Source: an uncultured Oscillospiraceae bacterium
GTDB lineage: Bacteria; Bacillota; Clostridia; Christensenellales; Aristaeellaceae
Assembly (NCBI GenBank): GCA_964453505.1
Contig: CAYVPJ010000014.1
Coordinates: forward strand, 240 to 64,239
Direction: 5' to 3'
Length of the DNA: 64,000 nt
The notes under the pieces are model-generated. The model did not search any database. It was not told the origin of the DNA and saw only the letters and a program-made list of their open reading frames with translations. Numbering within the stretch: position 1 is the stretch's first letter; each line of letters starts with the position of its first letter. This document shows positions 1 through 9,923 of this stretch, piece by piece. The translations under genes were made by a program, and so were the position numbers.

Positions 1-1
1 C

Positions 2-2218
2 GTAAAGCGCGCGTACACATTATTGCTCATATCGTATCTCGCGCTGCTTATACTGCCCGCGGGGTTCACCGTTTTTCTCGTCAGGGAAGTTTATCAGACG
101 AGCGAGAAGAGATGCGTCGAGCGCGCGCTAGTAGAGCTTGCCCGCGCGGGCGCGACGCTTCAGAAACAGCTTGAAAACATGGACGCGGCGGTCATGCCGC
201 TGTCATACGATTCAGACATGGCTCAGATGATGAGCCTCGCCCGTCCGAGCGGCGGCGAGACGAGCGTCTATCAGATATTGCGCTTCAGCCGTATGCTCGA
301 CGATAAATTCAAGAGCATGGACTCCGAAAACACAGGCTACAGGGTGTTTTTGGAGAACAACGAGTTCGTGTTTTACAACGGCTACGTGAGCTACGGTTTC
401 GACTTCTACTGCCAGTACGCGCTAAAATACGACAATATGGACACCGACGAATGGCGGAAGCGCGTGTTCGCGGCGGACGAGCGCGAGCTTATACCCATGG
501 ATTCAATAACGTTCGTGTCGAATCTCAATCTGGACGCAATCACATATAACTACCCGCTCAAGCGGCGCGCCGCCAACGGAGAGATCAGGCGCGCCGCCGT
601 GCAGTTTTTCATATCCAGAAACACGCTTGAAGACCTGTTTTCATTCATAGGCGACGACGGTCAGGCGTGCATATACGCGCGGAACGGCGAGAAAACCGCG
701 AGCGTCGGCCGCGCGCGCGGCTACGAGCCCGACCTGAGCGCAATGACGGGCGGTTCGGGCTTTTTCTACGCCGACGACGATAACGACATACTGACATACT
801 ACCGACCATCAGAAGATATGCTGCTGCTCACGGCTCAGGACACGCGCGTCGCCATATCCGACGCGATCGCCGTGCGCCGGCTTTCGATGATCGCGCTTTC
901 AGTATACGCCGTGGTCGAGGCATTGCTGTGCGTGTATCTCGCGCGCAGAAACGCTATGCCTATCAGAAAATTTGTGACCAGCGTGCGCGATTATCTGCCC
1001 GACAACGACGAGAATATTAGCGATTACGCGTATCTCGATAAGTCAATAAGCCACTTCGAGCGCAGTCAGCGCCGCATTGACGCCGCGCTTATGGAAAAAC
1101 GGACGCTCGAGGAGACGATCCGCTTGGAAAGGCTCGCCGACCTGATACTCGAAGGCGGGAATTCTAACATCGAAAGCGCGATTGCGCTGTCTGATAAGAT
1201 CGGCGTGAGCATTCAGGCCGACATGTATTGCGTGGCGACGCTCTCGCATTGCGGCAATGCCGACGAAATCGTCAATCTGGCGCGGGCGCTCAAGCGCGAC
1301 GGCTTCCGCGTGATATTCAACCGCTATCGCGACGGCTGCGTCGCATTCATATTCTTCTTCGACACAAAGAACGCGCGCGAGAACCGAGATTCGGCGGTCG
1401 GCTATCTGCGCGGGCTGATAGACGGCATTGAGAACGCGCCCCACGGCGGCTTGGGCAAACTGTACGACGACATATCCGACGTGCCGACCTCCTGCCAGCA
1501 GTCGCTTTACTGCGCGAAGCTGGGCGACACGAAAAACGACATCGACCTGTTCGACAATGTAAGCCGAGCCTTCAATGCGCCGCACTTCTCCCTCAAACAG
1601 CAGCAGCGGCTGCAAAACGCGGTGCGCCACCACGACGAGGATGCCGTGCGGCAGATATTCGCGCGCATATCCGTCGAGAACACGCAGGACAGGCATTTGT
1701 CGTCAACGCTTCAGAGCGTGCTGATATCGACCATCGAAGCCGCGCTTTTGATGGCGGCGGAGGAGGTCGCCGCGGTCGAAAACCTGTCCGATTTGTTGCA
1801 CTTAGTGAGGCGTTCAGACGATTTCGGTTCGCGCCTGAGTGCGCTCGAGGACGCGTTCATATCTGTCTGCCGAGCGCGGGCTGAGCGCGCAGGCGGGCAT
1901 AAAGAAGAAATGCGCGACGAATTGCTGAAATATATAGACGATAACTACGCGGACGAAAGCGTGTGCGTGGCGGGCGCGGCAGCGTGCTTCAATTTGAGCG
2001 AAAGTTATTTCTCGACGCTTTTCAAGGAGCTGACCGGCGAAGCGTTCAGCCAGCGCCTGGAAAGCGTGCGCCTGCAAAGGGCGACCGAAATGCTGACCGA
2101 CACCGATCTGAGCGTTGAAGAGATAGCCAGACGCGTCGGCTATTCGAGCGACTCGAGCTTCCGCCGCGCGTATAAACGAGTTCTGGGCGTGACCCCCGCT
2201 CAGGCGCGCGAAGGTTGA
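2..2218 (+). CDS. Membrane-anchored AraC/XylS-family transcriptional regulator, 5' end probably outside window
   Basis: Reading frame is open back to base 2 with no stop. N-terminal hydrophobic helix LISYLALLILPAGFTVFLV. C-terminal AraC double HTH (YFSTLFKELTGEAFSQRLESVRLQRATEMLTDTDLSVEEIARRVGYSSDSSFRRAYKRVLGVTP). Same architecture as 7494..9713. Confidence 0.8.
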   Translation, partial: VKRAYTLLLISYLALLILPAGFTVFLVREVYQTSEKRCVERALVELARAGATLQKQLENMDAAVMPLSYDSDMAQMMSLARPSGGETSVYQILRFSRMLDDKFKSMDSENTGYRVFLENNEFVFYNGYVSYGFDFYCQYALKYDNMDTDEWRKRVFAADERELIPMDSITFVSNLNLDAITYNYPLKRRAANGEIRRAAVQFFISRNTLEDLFSFIGDDGQACIYARNGEKTASVGRARGYEPDLSAMTGGSGFFYADDDNDILTYYRPSEDMLLLTAQDTRVAISDAIAVRRLSMIALSVYAVVEALLCVYLARRNAMPIRKFVTSVRDYLPDNDENISDYAYLDKSISHFERSQRRIDAALMEKRTLEETIRLERLADLILEGGNSNIESAIALSDKIGVSIQADMYCVATLSHCGNADEIVNLARALKRDGFRVIFNRYRDGCVAFIFFFDTKNARENRDSAVGYLRGLIDGIENAPHGGLGKLYDDISDVPTSCQQSLYCAKLGDTKNDIDLFDNVSRAFNAPHFSLKQQQRLQNAVRHHDEDAVRQIFARISVENTQDRHLSSTLQSVLISTIEAALLMAAEEVAAVENLSDLLHLVRRSDDFGSRLSALEDAFISVCRARAERAGGHKEEMRDELLKYIDDNYADESVCVAGAAACFNLSESYFSTLFKELTGEAFSQRLESVRLQRATEMLTDTDLSVEEIARRVGYSSDSSFRRAYKRVLGVTPAQAREG

Positions 2219-2284
2219 ATAGGGGTTCATTTCACACTGCCACCGTACAATCTTTTCGATTAAAATGAAATGTACGCCCGAAAA

Positions 2285-2307
2285 AGGCATTGCGCCTTGT
2301 TTTTTCG
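2285..2307 (+). terminator. Weak rho-independent terminator candidate
   Basis: AAGGC-ATTGC-GCCTT 5-bp stem followed by GTTTTTT, about 65 nt after the regulator stop codon. Confidence 0.35.
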
Positions 2308-2392
2308 CGTTCCTATATCTTAATATTGTGGCAGTTAGTGCCGAACGGGGAACGCGTCGGCGCTCAATTATAACCGAAAGGGGAACTTATTT

Positions 2393-4048
2393 ATGAAGAA
2401 ACTCATCACGCTCGCGCTATGCCTGATGCTTGTGTGTTCCGTCGGAATCGCGGAACCCAAGTACAACCCGCCCGGAGAATTTCCGATAGCGGACGAAGTT
2501 ATCACGCTGCGCATATTCGCCCCGCAGGACGGCGAGAACAGCCGCGCCGACAACCTGCAAACGAAGGAACTGGAAGAAAAACTCGGCATCAAAATAGAAT
2601 GGATAACCGCCCCCACCGGCAGCCTGCGCGAGAAGCTCAATCTGATGCTCGCGGGCAGCGACGAGGGCAAGGCCGACATCATAATGACCGGCGTGGGTCA
2701 GGCCGACCGCCTCGACATGGTCACAGAAGCGCAGTTGGGCGCTCAGGGCTTGGTTATGCCTCTCAACGAGCTGATAGACACGGTTTCCGTGGGCTACAAA
2801 GACGCGTTCGATAAGCTGCCGGGCATGAGGGATTACATCACCACGCCCGACGGAAACATATACTCGATGCCCAACGTTGACGGCTCGCTGCACGTTCAGT
2901 ACAACATGAAAATGTGGATAAACACGCAGTGGCTCGAAAACCTGAACCTTGAAATGCCCACGACCACCGACGAGTTCTACGAAGTGCTCAAGGCGTTCAA
3001 AGAGCTGGACGCGAACGGCAACGGCGACCCGAACGACGAGATTCCGCTGTCCGGCGTGAAATCGGGCGCGGGCACTCAGATCGACGGCTTCCTGATGGCG
3101 CCCTTCCAGCTCACCCCTGAAACCACGAAACTGTACGTTGACGACGGAGTCGTGACGTTCGCGGGCGTGCAGGACGGCTACCGCGAGGGCTTGCGCTATC
3201 TGTACAAGCTCTACTCGGAAGGCCTGCTCAACCCGGAGAGCTTCACTCAGGATAAGAACAATCAGGTCAACCTGAACGAAAACGGCGACGTGTGCGTGAT
3301 AGGCTGCTTCATGGCTCAGAGACCCGGCTACGCATGCGACCTTTCCACAATTCCCAACAGCAAAAAGTGGGAGCAGTATCAGTCCCTCGCGCCGCTCGAA
3401 GGTCCCGACGGCAACCGCGTCGCGGCGTGGAATCCCTACATAATGTATCAGACGGGCATGACTTTCCTGTCGAGCACTTGCAAATACCCCGAGGCGGCGT
3501 TCAGGCTCATAGACTACTTGGCGACCGAGGAAGGCTCTATACGCTCCGCGTTCGGCGTCGAGGGCAAGCACTGGGTGCGCGCCGAGGAAGGCGAATACGG
3601 TCTTGACGGCACGCAGGCGACCATAACCGCGCTTCCGAACGACGACACCAACGTCATGTGGACGCAGCTCGCGGGCTTGGTGCGCGACACGCGGTTCACC
3701 GTTATGCTCACGACCAACCCCGACCCGTATGCCGAGGGCGTGAAGCCGCTCGACGGCCGTCAGATAGTCATGTACAAAGGCTCTCTCGAACACGAGAAAG
3801 TGCGCCAGCCGCTCGAAAGCGTGCTGCCGAGCCTGTACTTCACAGAGGACATAGCCGAAGACATAGCCCTCATTAAGACCACCGTTATGGACTATCAGAA
3901 TCAGGCGCTGGTGCGCTTCGTGACGGGCGATCTTGACATAGAGGCCGATTGGGACAGCTATGTTAGCGAACTAAACAGCATAGGGCTTGAAGAATACCTC
4001 GAAATGTATCAGGCCGCATACGACGCAAGCTCGTTCGCCGCGTCCTGA
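2393..4048 (+). CDS. Extracellular solute-binding protein, LplA-like large CUT1 sugar SBP
   Basis: RBS GAAAGGGGA. Signal peptide MKKLITLALCLMLVCSVGIA. About 550 aa, the size typical of LplA-type SBPs. Followed by two CUT1 permeases. Confidence 0.9.
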   Translation: MKKLITLALCLMLVCSVGIAEPKYNPPGEFPIADEVITLRIFAPQDGENSRADNLQTKELEEKLGIKIEWITAPTGSLREKLNLMLAGSDEGKADIIMTGVGQADRLDMVTEAQLGAQGLVMPLNELIDTVSVGYKDAFDKLPGMRDYITTPDGNIYSMPNVDGSLHVQYNMKMWINTQWLENLNLEMPTTTDEFYEVLKAFKELDANGNGDPNDEIPLSGVKSGAGTQIDGFLMAPFQLTPETTKLYVDDGVVTFAGVQDGYREGLRYLYKLYSEGLLNPESFTQDKNNQVNLNENGDVCVIGCFMAQRPGYACDLSTIPNSKKWEQYQSLAPLEGPDGNRVAAWNPYIMYQTGMTFLSSTCKYPEAAFRLIDYLATEEGSIRSAFGVEGKHWVRAEEGEYGLDGTQATITALPNDDTNVMWTQLAGLVRDTRFTVMLTTNPDPYAEGVKPLDGRQIVMYKGSLEHEKVRQPLESVLPSLYFTEDIAEDIALIKTTVMDYQNQALVRFVTGDLDIEADWDSYVSELNSIGLEEYLEMYQAAYDASSFAAS

Positions 4049-4082
4049 AACGCGCACGCAAAAACCTGACGGCAAACATAAG

Positions 4083-4110
4083 CGTAAGCCCCGTCGCGCG
4101 GGGCTTACGC
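4083..4110 (+). other. Intercistronic 12-bp perfect stem-loop after the SBP gene, no U-tract
   Basis: GCGTAAGCCCCG-tcgc-CGGGGCTTACGC lies between the SBP stop (4048) and the permease start (4142). Confidence 0.5.
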
Positions 4111-4141
4111 GCAAATTCTTCGATACGGAGGCTCGGAGCGT

Positions 4142-5092
4142 ATGAGCGTCACGGCGCGGGCATATTCCGAAATCAACAGGCGAAAGCTGACGCGGTTCAG
4201 GCGCGGCGTAATGCGCCATTGGCAGTTGTATCTGCTGGTGCTGCCGCCCATCATATACGTTATATTGTTCAGATATGTGCCCATATGGGGCTCTCAGATT
4301 GCGTTCAAAAACTATAAGCTCGGAGACAGCATATCGGACAGCGAATGGGTCTCTATAGAGCATTTCATAAAATTCTTCAAGGCGAATCAGTTCGGGACGC
4401 TGCTCATAAACACAGTGTCTCTATCCGTATACAATATCGCCGTGGGGCTGTTCCCGCCAATATTGCTTGCGTTCGGGCTCAACTATGCCGTAAACAAGCG
4501 CTTCGGAAAGACCGTTCAGATGGTGACTTACATGCCGTATTTCATATCCACGGTGCTTGTGGTGGGCATAGTCACCCGAATGCTTTCGCTCACAGGACCA
4601 GTGAATACGTTAATTGAAAATATGGGCGGCGAGAAAATACTGTTCGTGAGCAAGCCCGAGCTGTTCAGAAGCATATACGTGTTTTCGGGCGTATGGCAAT
4701 CGACGGGTTACAACGCCGTGGTGTATTTAGCGGCGCTCGCGGCGATAAACCCCGAGCTGCACGAGGCGGCGATCGTCGACGGCGCGAATATATGGCGCAG
4801 GATATGGCACGTCGATCTGCCGGGCATACTGCCCACAGCCATAATACTTTTGATACTGTCGTGCGGCAAAGTACTCACCGTGGGCTATGAAAAGGTGCTG
4901 CTTTTGCAGAACCTACAAAACATGCGCACGTCGGACATCATATCGACCTATGTGTACAGAATTGGCATCGCCGAGGGAATGCAGTTCAGCTATTCCACGG
5001 CAATAGGGCTGTTCCAGTCGCTGGTGTCTCTATGCCTGCTTACCATAGTGAACTACGCGTCCAAGCGCGTAAGCGAAACGAGCTTGTGGTGA
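4142..5092 (+). CDS. Sugar ABC transporter permease, LplB/MalF-like
   Basis: Multiple TM helices. EAA loop LHEAAIVDGANIWRRIWHVDLPGI. Conserved C-terminal YSTAIGLFQSLVSL. Confidence 0.9.
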   Translation: MSVTARAYSEINRRKLTRFRRGVMRHWQLYLLVLPPIIYVILFRYVPIWGSQIAFKNYKLGDSISDSEWVSIEHFIKFFKANQFGTLLINTVSLSVYNIAVGLFPPILLAFGLNYAVNKRFGKTVQMVTYMPYFISTVLVVGIVTRMLSLTGPVNTLIENMGGEKILFVSKPELFRSIYVFSGVWQSTGYNAVVYLAALAAINPELHEAAIVDGANIWRRIWHVDLPGILPTAIILLILSCGKVLTVGYEKVLLLQNLQNMRTSDIISTYVYRIGIAEGMQFSYSTAIGLFQSLVSLCLLTIVNYASKRVSETSLW

Positions 5093-5105
5093 GGAGGACG
5101 AAAAA

Positions 5106-6002
5106 ATGCAATTACCGCATCTGAAAAAGACGTTCGGCGACAACGCGTTTTCGGTTTTGAACACTCTGTTTTTGCTGATGGCGCTGATGCTCGTGGCGCT
5201 TCCAATTATAAACGTTATTGCGCAGTCGTTTTCAAGCCCAAGCGAGGTGATAGCGGGGCGCGTGTCGCTGTGGCCCAAAAAGCCCACGCTGCTTGCATAC
5301 CGCGAGATATTCCGCTCAAACCTGCTCATATCGGGTTATAAAAACTCGCTCATATACACCGTTTTGGGAACACTGATAAACGTCGTCATGACCGTTATGT
5401 GCGCGTATCCGCTCTCGCGCAAGGATTTCGTGGGCAGGAAGCAGATAATGTGGCTGTTCGTGTTCACGATGATATTCTCCGCGCCGCTCATACCGACGTA
5501 TCTGAATATTCGCAACCTCAAAATGATAGACACCGTGTGGGTGATGATTATCCCCGGCGCAATATCCACATACAACATGGTGATAGCGCGCACGTTTTTC
5601 CTAAACAGCATACCCGACGAAATGCTTGAGGCGGCGGAATTGGACGGCGCGAGCGACATGCAGGTGCTCACAAGGCTGGTGCTGCCGCTTTCAAAAGCCA
5701 TAATCGCGGTGCTGGTGCTGTTTTACGCGGTCGGGCACTGGAACTCGTATTTCGACGCGTTCATCTATTTGAACAAAGAAGAAATGCTGCCGCTGCAGGT
5801 GGTGCTCAGGAACATAATGGCGAACGCCAAAATGATTGAGGAAATGGCGAGCGCGACGTTCGAGCAGAGCCAGCGCTTGGCGGTCGTCGAGGTGTTGAAA
5901 TACGCCGTGATCGTGTTCGGAAGCCTGCCCGTATTGATGCTGTACCCTGTCGTGCAAAAGTATTTCGTAAAGGGCGTAATGATTGGCTCTGTGAAAGGAT
6001 GA
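5106..6002 (+). CDS. Carbohydrate ABC transporter permease, LplC/MalG-like
   Basis: RBS GGAGGA. EAA loop MLEAAELDGASDMQVLTRLVLPLS. C-terminal KGVMIGSVKG typical of this subfamily. Confidence 0.9.
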   Translation: MQLPHLKKTFGDNAFSVLNTLFLLMALMLVALPIINVIAQSFSSPSEVIAGRVSLWPKKPTLLAYREIFRSNLLISGYKNSLIYTVLGTLINVVMTVMCAYPLSRKDFVGRKQIMWLFVFTMIFSAPLIPTYLNIRNLKMIDTVWVMIIPGAISTYNMVIARTFFLNSIPDEMLEAAELDGASDMQVLTRLVLPLSKAIIAVLVLFYAVGHWNSYFDAFIYLNKEEMLPLQVVLRNIMANAKMIEEMASATFEQSQRLAVVEVLKYAVIVFGSLPVLMLYPVVQKYFVKGVMIGSVKG

Positions 6003-6006
6003 TTAT

Positions 6007-7338
6007 ATGAAGCTGTCTGTCTCTGAAAACAAGCGCTATTTCACACTCGACGGAAAGCCGTTCTTCTGGCTGGGCGACACCGCGTGGTTTATGTTCTCGA
6101 AGCTCGGCGAGGAGGAAGCAAAGACATACCTGATAAATCGCCGCGCGAAGGGATTCACAGTCATACAGGCTACGCTCGTCCACACATACGGCTACGCGAC
6201 GCCGGAGGGCGCGAAGGCTTTCGCGGACGACGATTTTGCAAGGCCGATTGCCGACGCGGGCGAAAACGGCTACTGGCGGCGCGTCAGAAGGCTTGTGGAT
6301 TTCGCGAAGGAGCAGGGCTTGTTCATGGGACTTCTGCCGTCGTGGGGCAAGTTCGTGAAGGACGGTCGGCTAAACGCGCAAAACGCCGCCGGGTATGTCA
6401 GATTCTTAGCGGATACGTTCGGCGAGTGTGAAAACGTCGTCTGGATAGTCGGCGGCGACATACGCGGCGACGTGAACCCCGAAGTTTTCAACATAATAGG
6501 AAGCGAGTTAAAGCAGCTCTGTCCTGACAGGCTGATAGGCTATCACCCGTTCGGGCGCTGCTCGTCGTCTTTCTGGTTTCACAATGAGCGCTGGCTCGAT
6601 TTCAACATGTTCCAGTCGGGACACCGCGATTACGGTCAGAAAATGCTCAACGCGTGGGACGATAACGACGTGTTCTACGGCGAGGACAACTACCGCTATG
6701 TCGAGTGCGACCGCGCGCTTTCGCCCGTCAAGCCGACGCTCGACGGCGAACCGAGCTATGAATTGATACCGCACGGGCTGCACGACCCGTCGCAGCCGTA
6801 CTGGCAGGCGGCGGACGTGCGCAGATACGCGTATTGGTCGCTGCTCTCAGGCGCCGCGGGGCACACATACGGCGACAACGCCGTCATGCAATTCTGGAAC
6901 GGCGAGGGCAAAGGCGATTACAGCGCGCTCGAGGGCTGGAAAAGAGCCGTTCACGACGCGGGAAGCGGGCAAATGAAACACGCGCGCAAGCTCATGGAAG
7001 CGATAGGTTTTCAGAGCGGCCGCCCCGCGCCCGAGTTTTTGCGCGGTCCTGTCGGCGAAAAGCACGCGTACCGCCCCGCGCTTTTGACTTCGTCGGCGTT
7101 TTGCGTGTATGAATACGAGGGAAACCCGATACGCGTAGACACCGAAGCCCTCCCGTTCGCGCATTCGCGCGGTCTGTGGTACGACACAGTATCCGGTTCG
7201 GCGAGCGTTTTCGGCGACGCGCCCCGTTCGTCCGACGCGGTTTTCACGCCGCCCGACAGGCGCGCGGGTCAAAACGATTGGGCGCTCATAATATACGACG
7301 CTTCAAACGAAGCCGCAATACTCAATAATCTCGCGTGA
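6007..7338 (+). CDS. DUF4038 / GH140-like glycoside hydrolase
   Basis: N-terminal motif YFTLDGKPFFWLGDTAWFMFSKL followed by KGFTVIQATLV, as I recall for DUF4038 TIM-barrel proteins. No signal peptide. Last gene of the operon. Confidence 0.65.
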   Translation: MKLSVSENKRYFTLDGKPFFWLGDTAWFMFSKLGEEEAKTYLINRRAKGFTVIQATLVHTYGYATPEGAKAFADDDFARPIADAGENGYWRRVRRLVDFAKEQGLFMGLLPSWGKFVKDGRLNAQNAAGYVRFLADTFGECENVVWIVGGDIRGDVNPEVFNIIGSELKQLCPDRLIGYHPFGRCSSSFWFHNERWLDFNMFQSGHRDYGQKMLNAWDDNDVFYGEDNYRYVECDRALSPVKPTLDGEPSYELIPHGLHDPSQPYWQAADVRRYAYWSLLSGAAGHTYGDNAVMQFWNGEGKGDYSALEGWKRAVHDAGSGQMKHARKLMEAIGFQSGRPAPEFLRGPVGEKHAYRPALLTSSAFCVYEYEGNPIRVDTEALPFAHSRGLWYDTVSGSASVFGDAPRSSDAVFTPPDRRAGQNDWALIIYDASNEAAILNNLA

Positions 7339-7363
7339 GCGAAGCCCGCCAACAAAACACAAT

Positions 7364-7428
7364 CGCCCGCGAAAGCCCTAAGCGCTTCGGCGCGGCAGGC
7401 GTTTCGCGGGCGGTTTCGATGTTTTGTT
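7364..7428 (+). terminator. Rho-independent terminator
   Basis: CGCCCGCGAAA ... TTTCGCGGGCG is an 11-bp stem enclosing an inner GCGC-TTCG-GCGC hairpin. Followed by GTTTCGATGTTTTGTT. Confidence 0.6.
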
Positions 7429-7493
7429 CATTCGGAGATTGCCAATGGCGGCATAAAATGATATAGTATATTGTGTTATCATATTAACGCGCA

Positions 7494-9713
7494 TTGCGGG
7501 GGAATCAAACGGTGAGAGACCATTCGCGTTTTCTGCCGCGCAGAATCTATATCGTGTACAATCTGCTGTTGGTGCTCATACCGATAGTTATACTCATATT
7601 GCTGTTCCTGTTCTCGATGCAGAAACAGCTCATGGGCGAAATCGTCAAAATGCGCACAGTTGACTTGGAACGCACGCGTGATGCTGTCGACGAGCGGCTT
7701 GAAAGTTTCGGCTCTATGATGGTATACGCGTCTTTGGACAATGATTTGCGCCCGTTCCAGCTCAGACAGAACTCATACGACACCGTGACGGCGCTTAACC
7801 ACTTAAAGCAGCACGCGTCAACATTGGGCGACACTCAGATTTTCTTTTACATACTCGCAGACGAGTGCTTCTATTCGCCCAACGGCAAGATGTCGCTTTC
7901 GACATTCAAAAAGGAGTATCTGTTCGAAGGCGGCTGGAGCGCCGACGACTTTCTCGATATGCTCAACGCGCCCGCGCCCTATGGCGCGAGTCCCGCGGGC
8001 TGCACGCTCATGGGCGCGCACCCCGGCGGCAGGCGGTATGTGACGGTGGTTTACCCGTGGGCGACAAAGGGCGTAATATACGGCGCGGGCGTGGGACTGT
8101 TTCCGACGGAGTGGTTCAAAACGCGCCTGCTCGCGGACGAGGACGCGCCTTCAATGATACTGGACGCGGACGGAAACATACTGTTCGCTGCGTCGGGCAG
8201 CGCGGGCGACGAGTTTCAGACGGCCGCTTTGAGCGTCGGAGAAGGCGACGCGTCTGTCGGGGGCGACTCGTGGCGGCTGATCAGCGTCAAATCGCGCCTT
8301 AACGGTTGGGAATATCTGAGCGCGGTTTCATACGCGTCCATGCGCGACATGATGCTGGGCGGTCATGCGTGGCTGTTCGCGTCAATATTGGCGGCTACGC
8401 TCGCCTGCGTCGCGGTGGGCGTGATGGTGGCGATCAGATATTACTGGCCAGTGCGCAGTCTGGGCGCGTTGCTCGGCAGCGACAAGGCGCAGGAGCATCT
8501 GGTGCACGACCACGTCACGTCCATACTCGAAGACAACCGCGCAATGCAGCTTGCGAACGAGGGAATGCGGCGCGCGCTTGACGAAAAGCGCGACACTTTG
8601 TGCCGCGAAACTCTCGCGCGCATACTGTTGGGCGACGCGGGCGAAGACACACTGCGCAAATGGCTCGAACGCGGCCGTCTGTCTCTCAAGGGCGAGTATC
8701 ACGCCGTTATGGCCGTGGGGTTCGGCGGGCAAATATCGTCCAAAGCAATAGACGGCGCGATTATGAGCCTGTACGACGAAGGAATATACGCAACCGAAGG
8801 CTACCGCGCGGGCGTGATAGCCGCGCTCTACGACGGAGACGGCGGCGAAGGTTTCGCCGACAGACAGGCAGAAAAAATACTCGCGCTGCTTCAAAGACCC
8901 GAATACCCGCCCGTCAGAATAGGCGTGGGTCAAACGTGCTCACAGTTGGGCGATTTAAGGCGCAGCCTCATAGAAGCCGCGGCGGCTCTGCGCAGCAACG
9001 CCGAAGAGAGCATAGTATACTTCGAAAACATGCCCGAAATGAAGCTCGAATACTACGACAAAACCGTCGTAGGGCAGCGCATAATGCTTGCCGAGACGAT
9101 ACGTCAGGCCGACCCCGCCGCCACTGACGACGCGTGTTCGGCGCTTTCAGATCAACTCGAGGCGCTGTACAGGCGGACGGACGAAGTCGCGTACAGGTTT
9201 ATCGTAAACGGAATATTGAACGACCTGCTTCCCGTGTTCGAGGAAGCGGGAACGACCGATATATCATGGAAAATAAACCTGGCGGTGCACTCTCTGAAAC
9301 CGCAGGATTTCATGCAGCACCTGCGCCCGCTGTGCGTGCAGAGCGCCCAAAACATATCGCAGAAGCGCAGCACATGGCGCAACAGGCGCATGGACGACGT
9401 GCTAGGATATATTGACCGTCATTTCACAGACCACGAGCTTTCGCAAACGCTCATAGCCGAAAAATTCGACCTGACGCCGGTATCGCTGAGCCGAATGTTC
9501 AGCGAATCAGTGGGCGTTCTGTTTATGGACTACGTGTCGCAAAAGCGGCTCGCCCGCGCCGCCGAGCTGCTCGTGCGCACGGACGAATGCGTTCGCGAGA
9601 TAGTGAATCAAATCGGCTATATAGACGTTTCGAGCTTCACGCGCAAGTTCACGCGCTTTTACGGTCTGAGCCCCGCGGCATACCGCAAACAGAAGCGGGA
9701 GCAGGCTGAATAA
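7494..9713 (+). CDS. Membrane-anchored AraC/XylS-family transcriptional regulator
   Basis: TM helix IYIVYNLLLVLIPIVILILLFLF, a second TM at AWLFASILAATLACVAVGVMVAI, and a C-terminal AraC HTH (IVNQIGYIDVSSFTRKFTRFYGLSPAAYRK). Start uncertain: TTG 7494 or GTG 7512. Confidence 0.85.
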   Translation: MRGNQTVRDHSRFLPRRIYIVYNLLLVLIPIVILILLFLFSMQKQLMGEIVKMRTVDLERTRDAVDERLESFGSMMVYASLDNDLRPFQLRQNSYDTVTALNHLKQHASTLGDTQIFFYILADECFYSPNGKMSLSTFKKEYLFEGGWSADDFLDMLNAPAPYGASPAGCTLMGAHPGGRRYVTVVYPWATKGVIYGAGVGLFPTEWFKTRLLADEDAPSMILDADGNILFAASGSAGDEFQTAALSVGEGDASVGGDSWRLISVKSRLNGWEYLSAVSYASMRDMMLGGHAWLFASILAATLACVAVGVMVAIRYYWPVRSLGALLGSDKAQEHLVHDHVTSILEDNRAMQLANEGMRRALDEKRDTLCRETLARILLGDAGEDTLRKWLERGRLSLKGEYHAVMAVGFGGQISSKAIDGAIMSLYDEGIYATEGYRAGVIAALYDGDGGEGFADRQAEKILALLQRPEYPPVRIGVGQTCSQLGDLRRSLIEAAAALRSNAEESIVYFENMPEMKLEYYDKTVVGQRIMLAETIRQADPAATDDACSALSDQLEALYRRTDEVAYRFIVNGILNDLLPVFEEAGTTDISWKINLAVHSLKPQDFMQHLRPLCVQSAQNISQKRSTWRNRRMDDVLGYIDRHFTDHELSQTLIAEKFDLTPVSLSRMFSESVGVLFMDYVSQKRLARAAELLVRTDECVREIVNQIGYIDVSSFTRKFTRFYGLSPAAYRKQKREQAE

Positions 9714-9724
9714 GGCACAAAATC

Positions 9725-9748
9725 GGCAGGCGAAAGCCTGCTTTTTTT
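9725..9748 (+). terminator. Rho-independent terminator
   Basis: GGCAGGC-GAAA-GCCTGC followed by TTTTTTT, 12 nt after the stop codon. Confidence 0.85.
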
Positions 9749-9923
9749 GTGCGAGAATTTCACACAGTGCGCGCCGCGTGTTAAAAACGCGCCGCGCGCG
9801 CGTTCTGTATTGGGCAATATTGCCATATACGGCATGGTTATAATTTCGCACACCGTCGAATGATTGACTTAATATTGCCTCCGCCCTTATAATCCGGGCA
9901 TACAAAACAGGGAGGCCGTAGCA

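Noticed and set aside
2417-3793. Long antisense ORFs overlapping well-supported genes. Examples: 2417..3793(-) 458 aa, 17242..18912(-) 556 aa, 23859..24848(+) 329 aa, 42407..43528(+) 373 aa, 46291..47025(+) 244 aa.
   Set aside because: These are typical shadow ORFs of high-GC coding DNA. Their products are Arg/His/Ala/Val-rich and low-complexity, with no RBS and no motifs. Each lies opposite a gene with clear family signatures.
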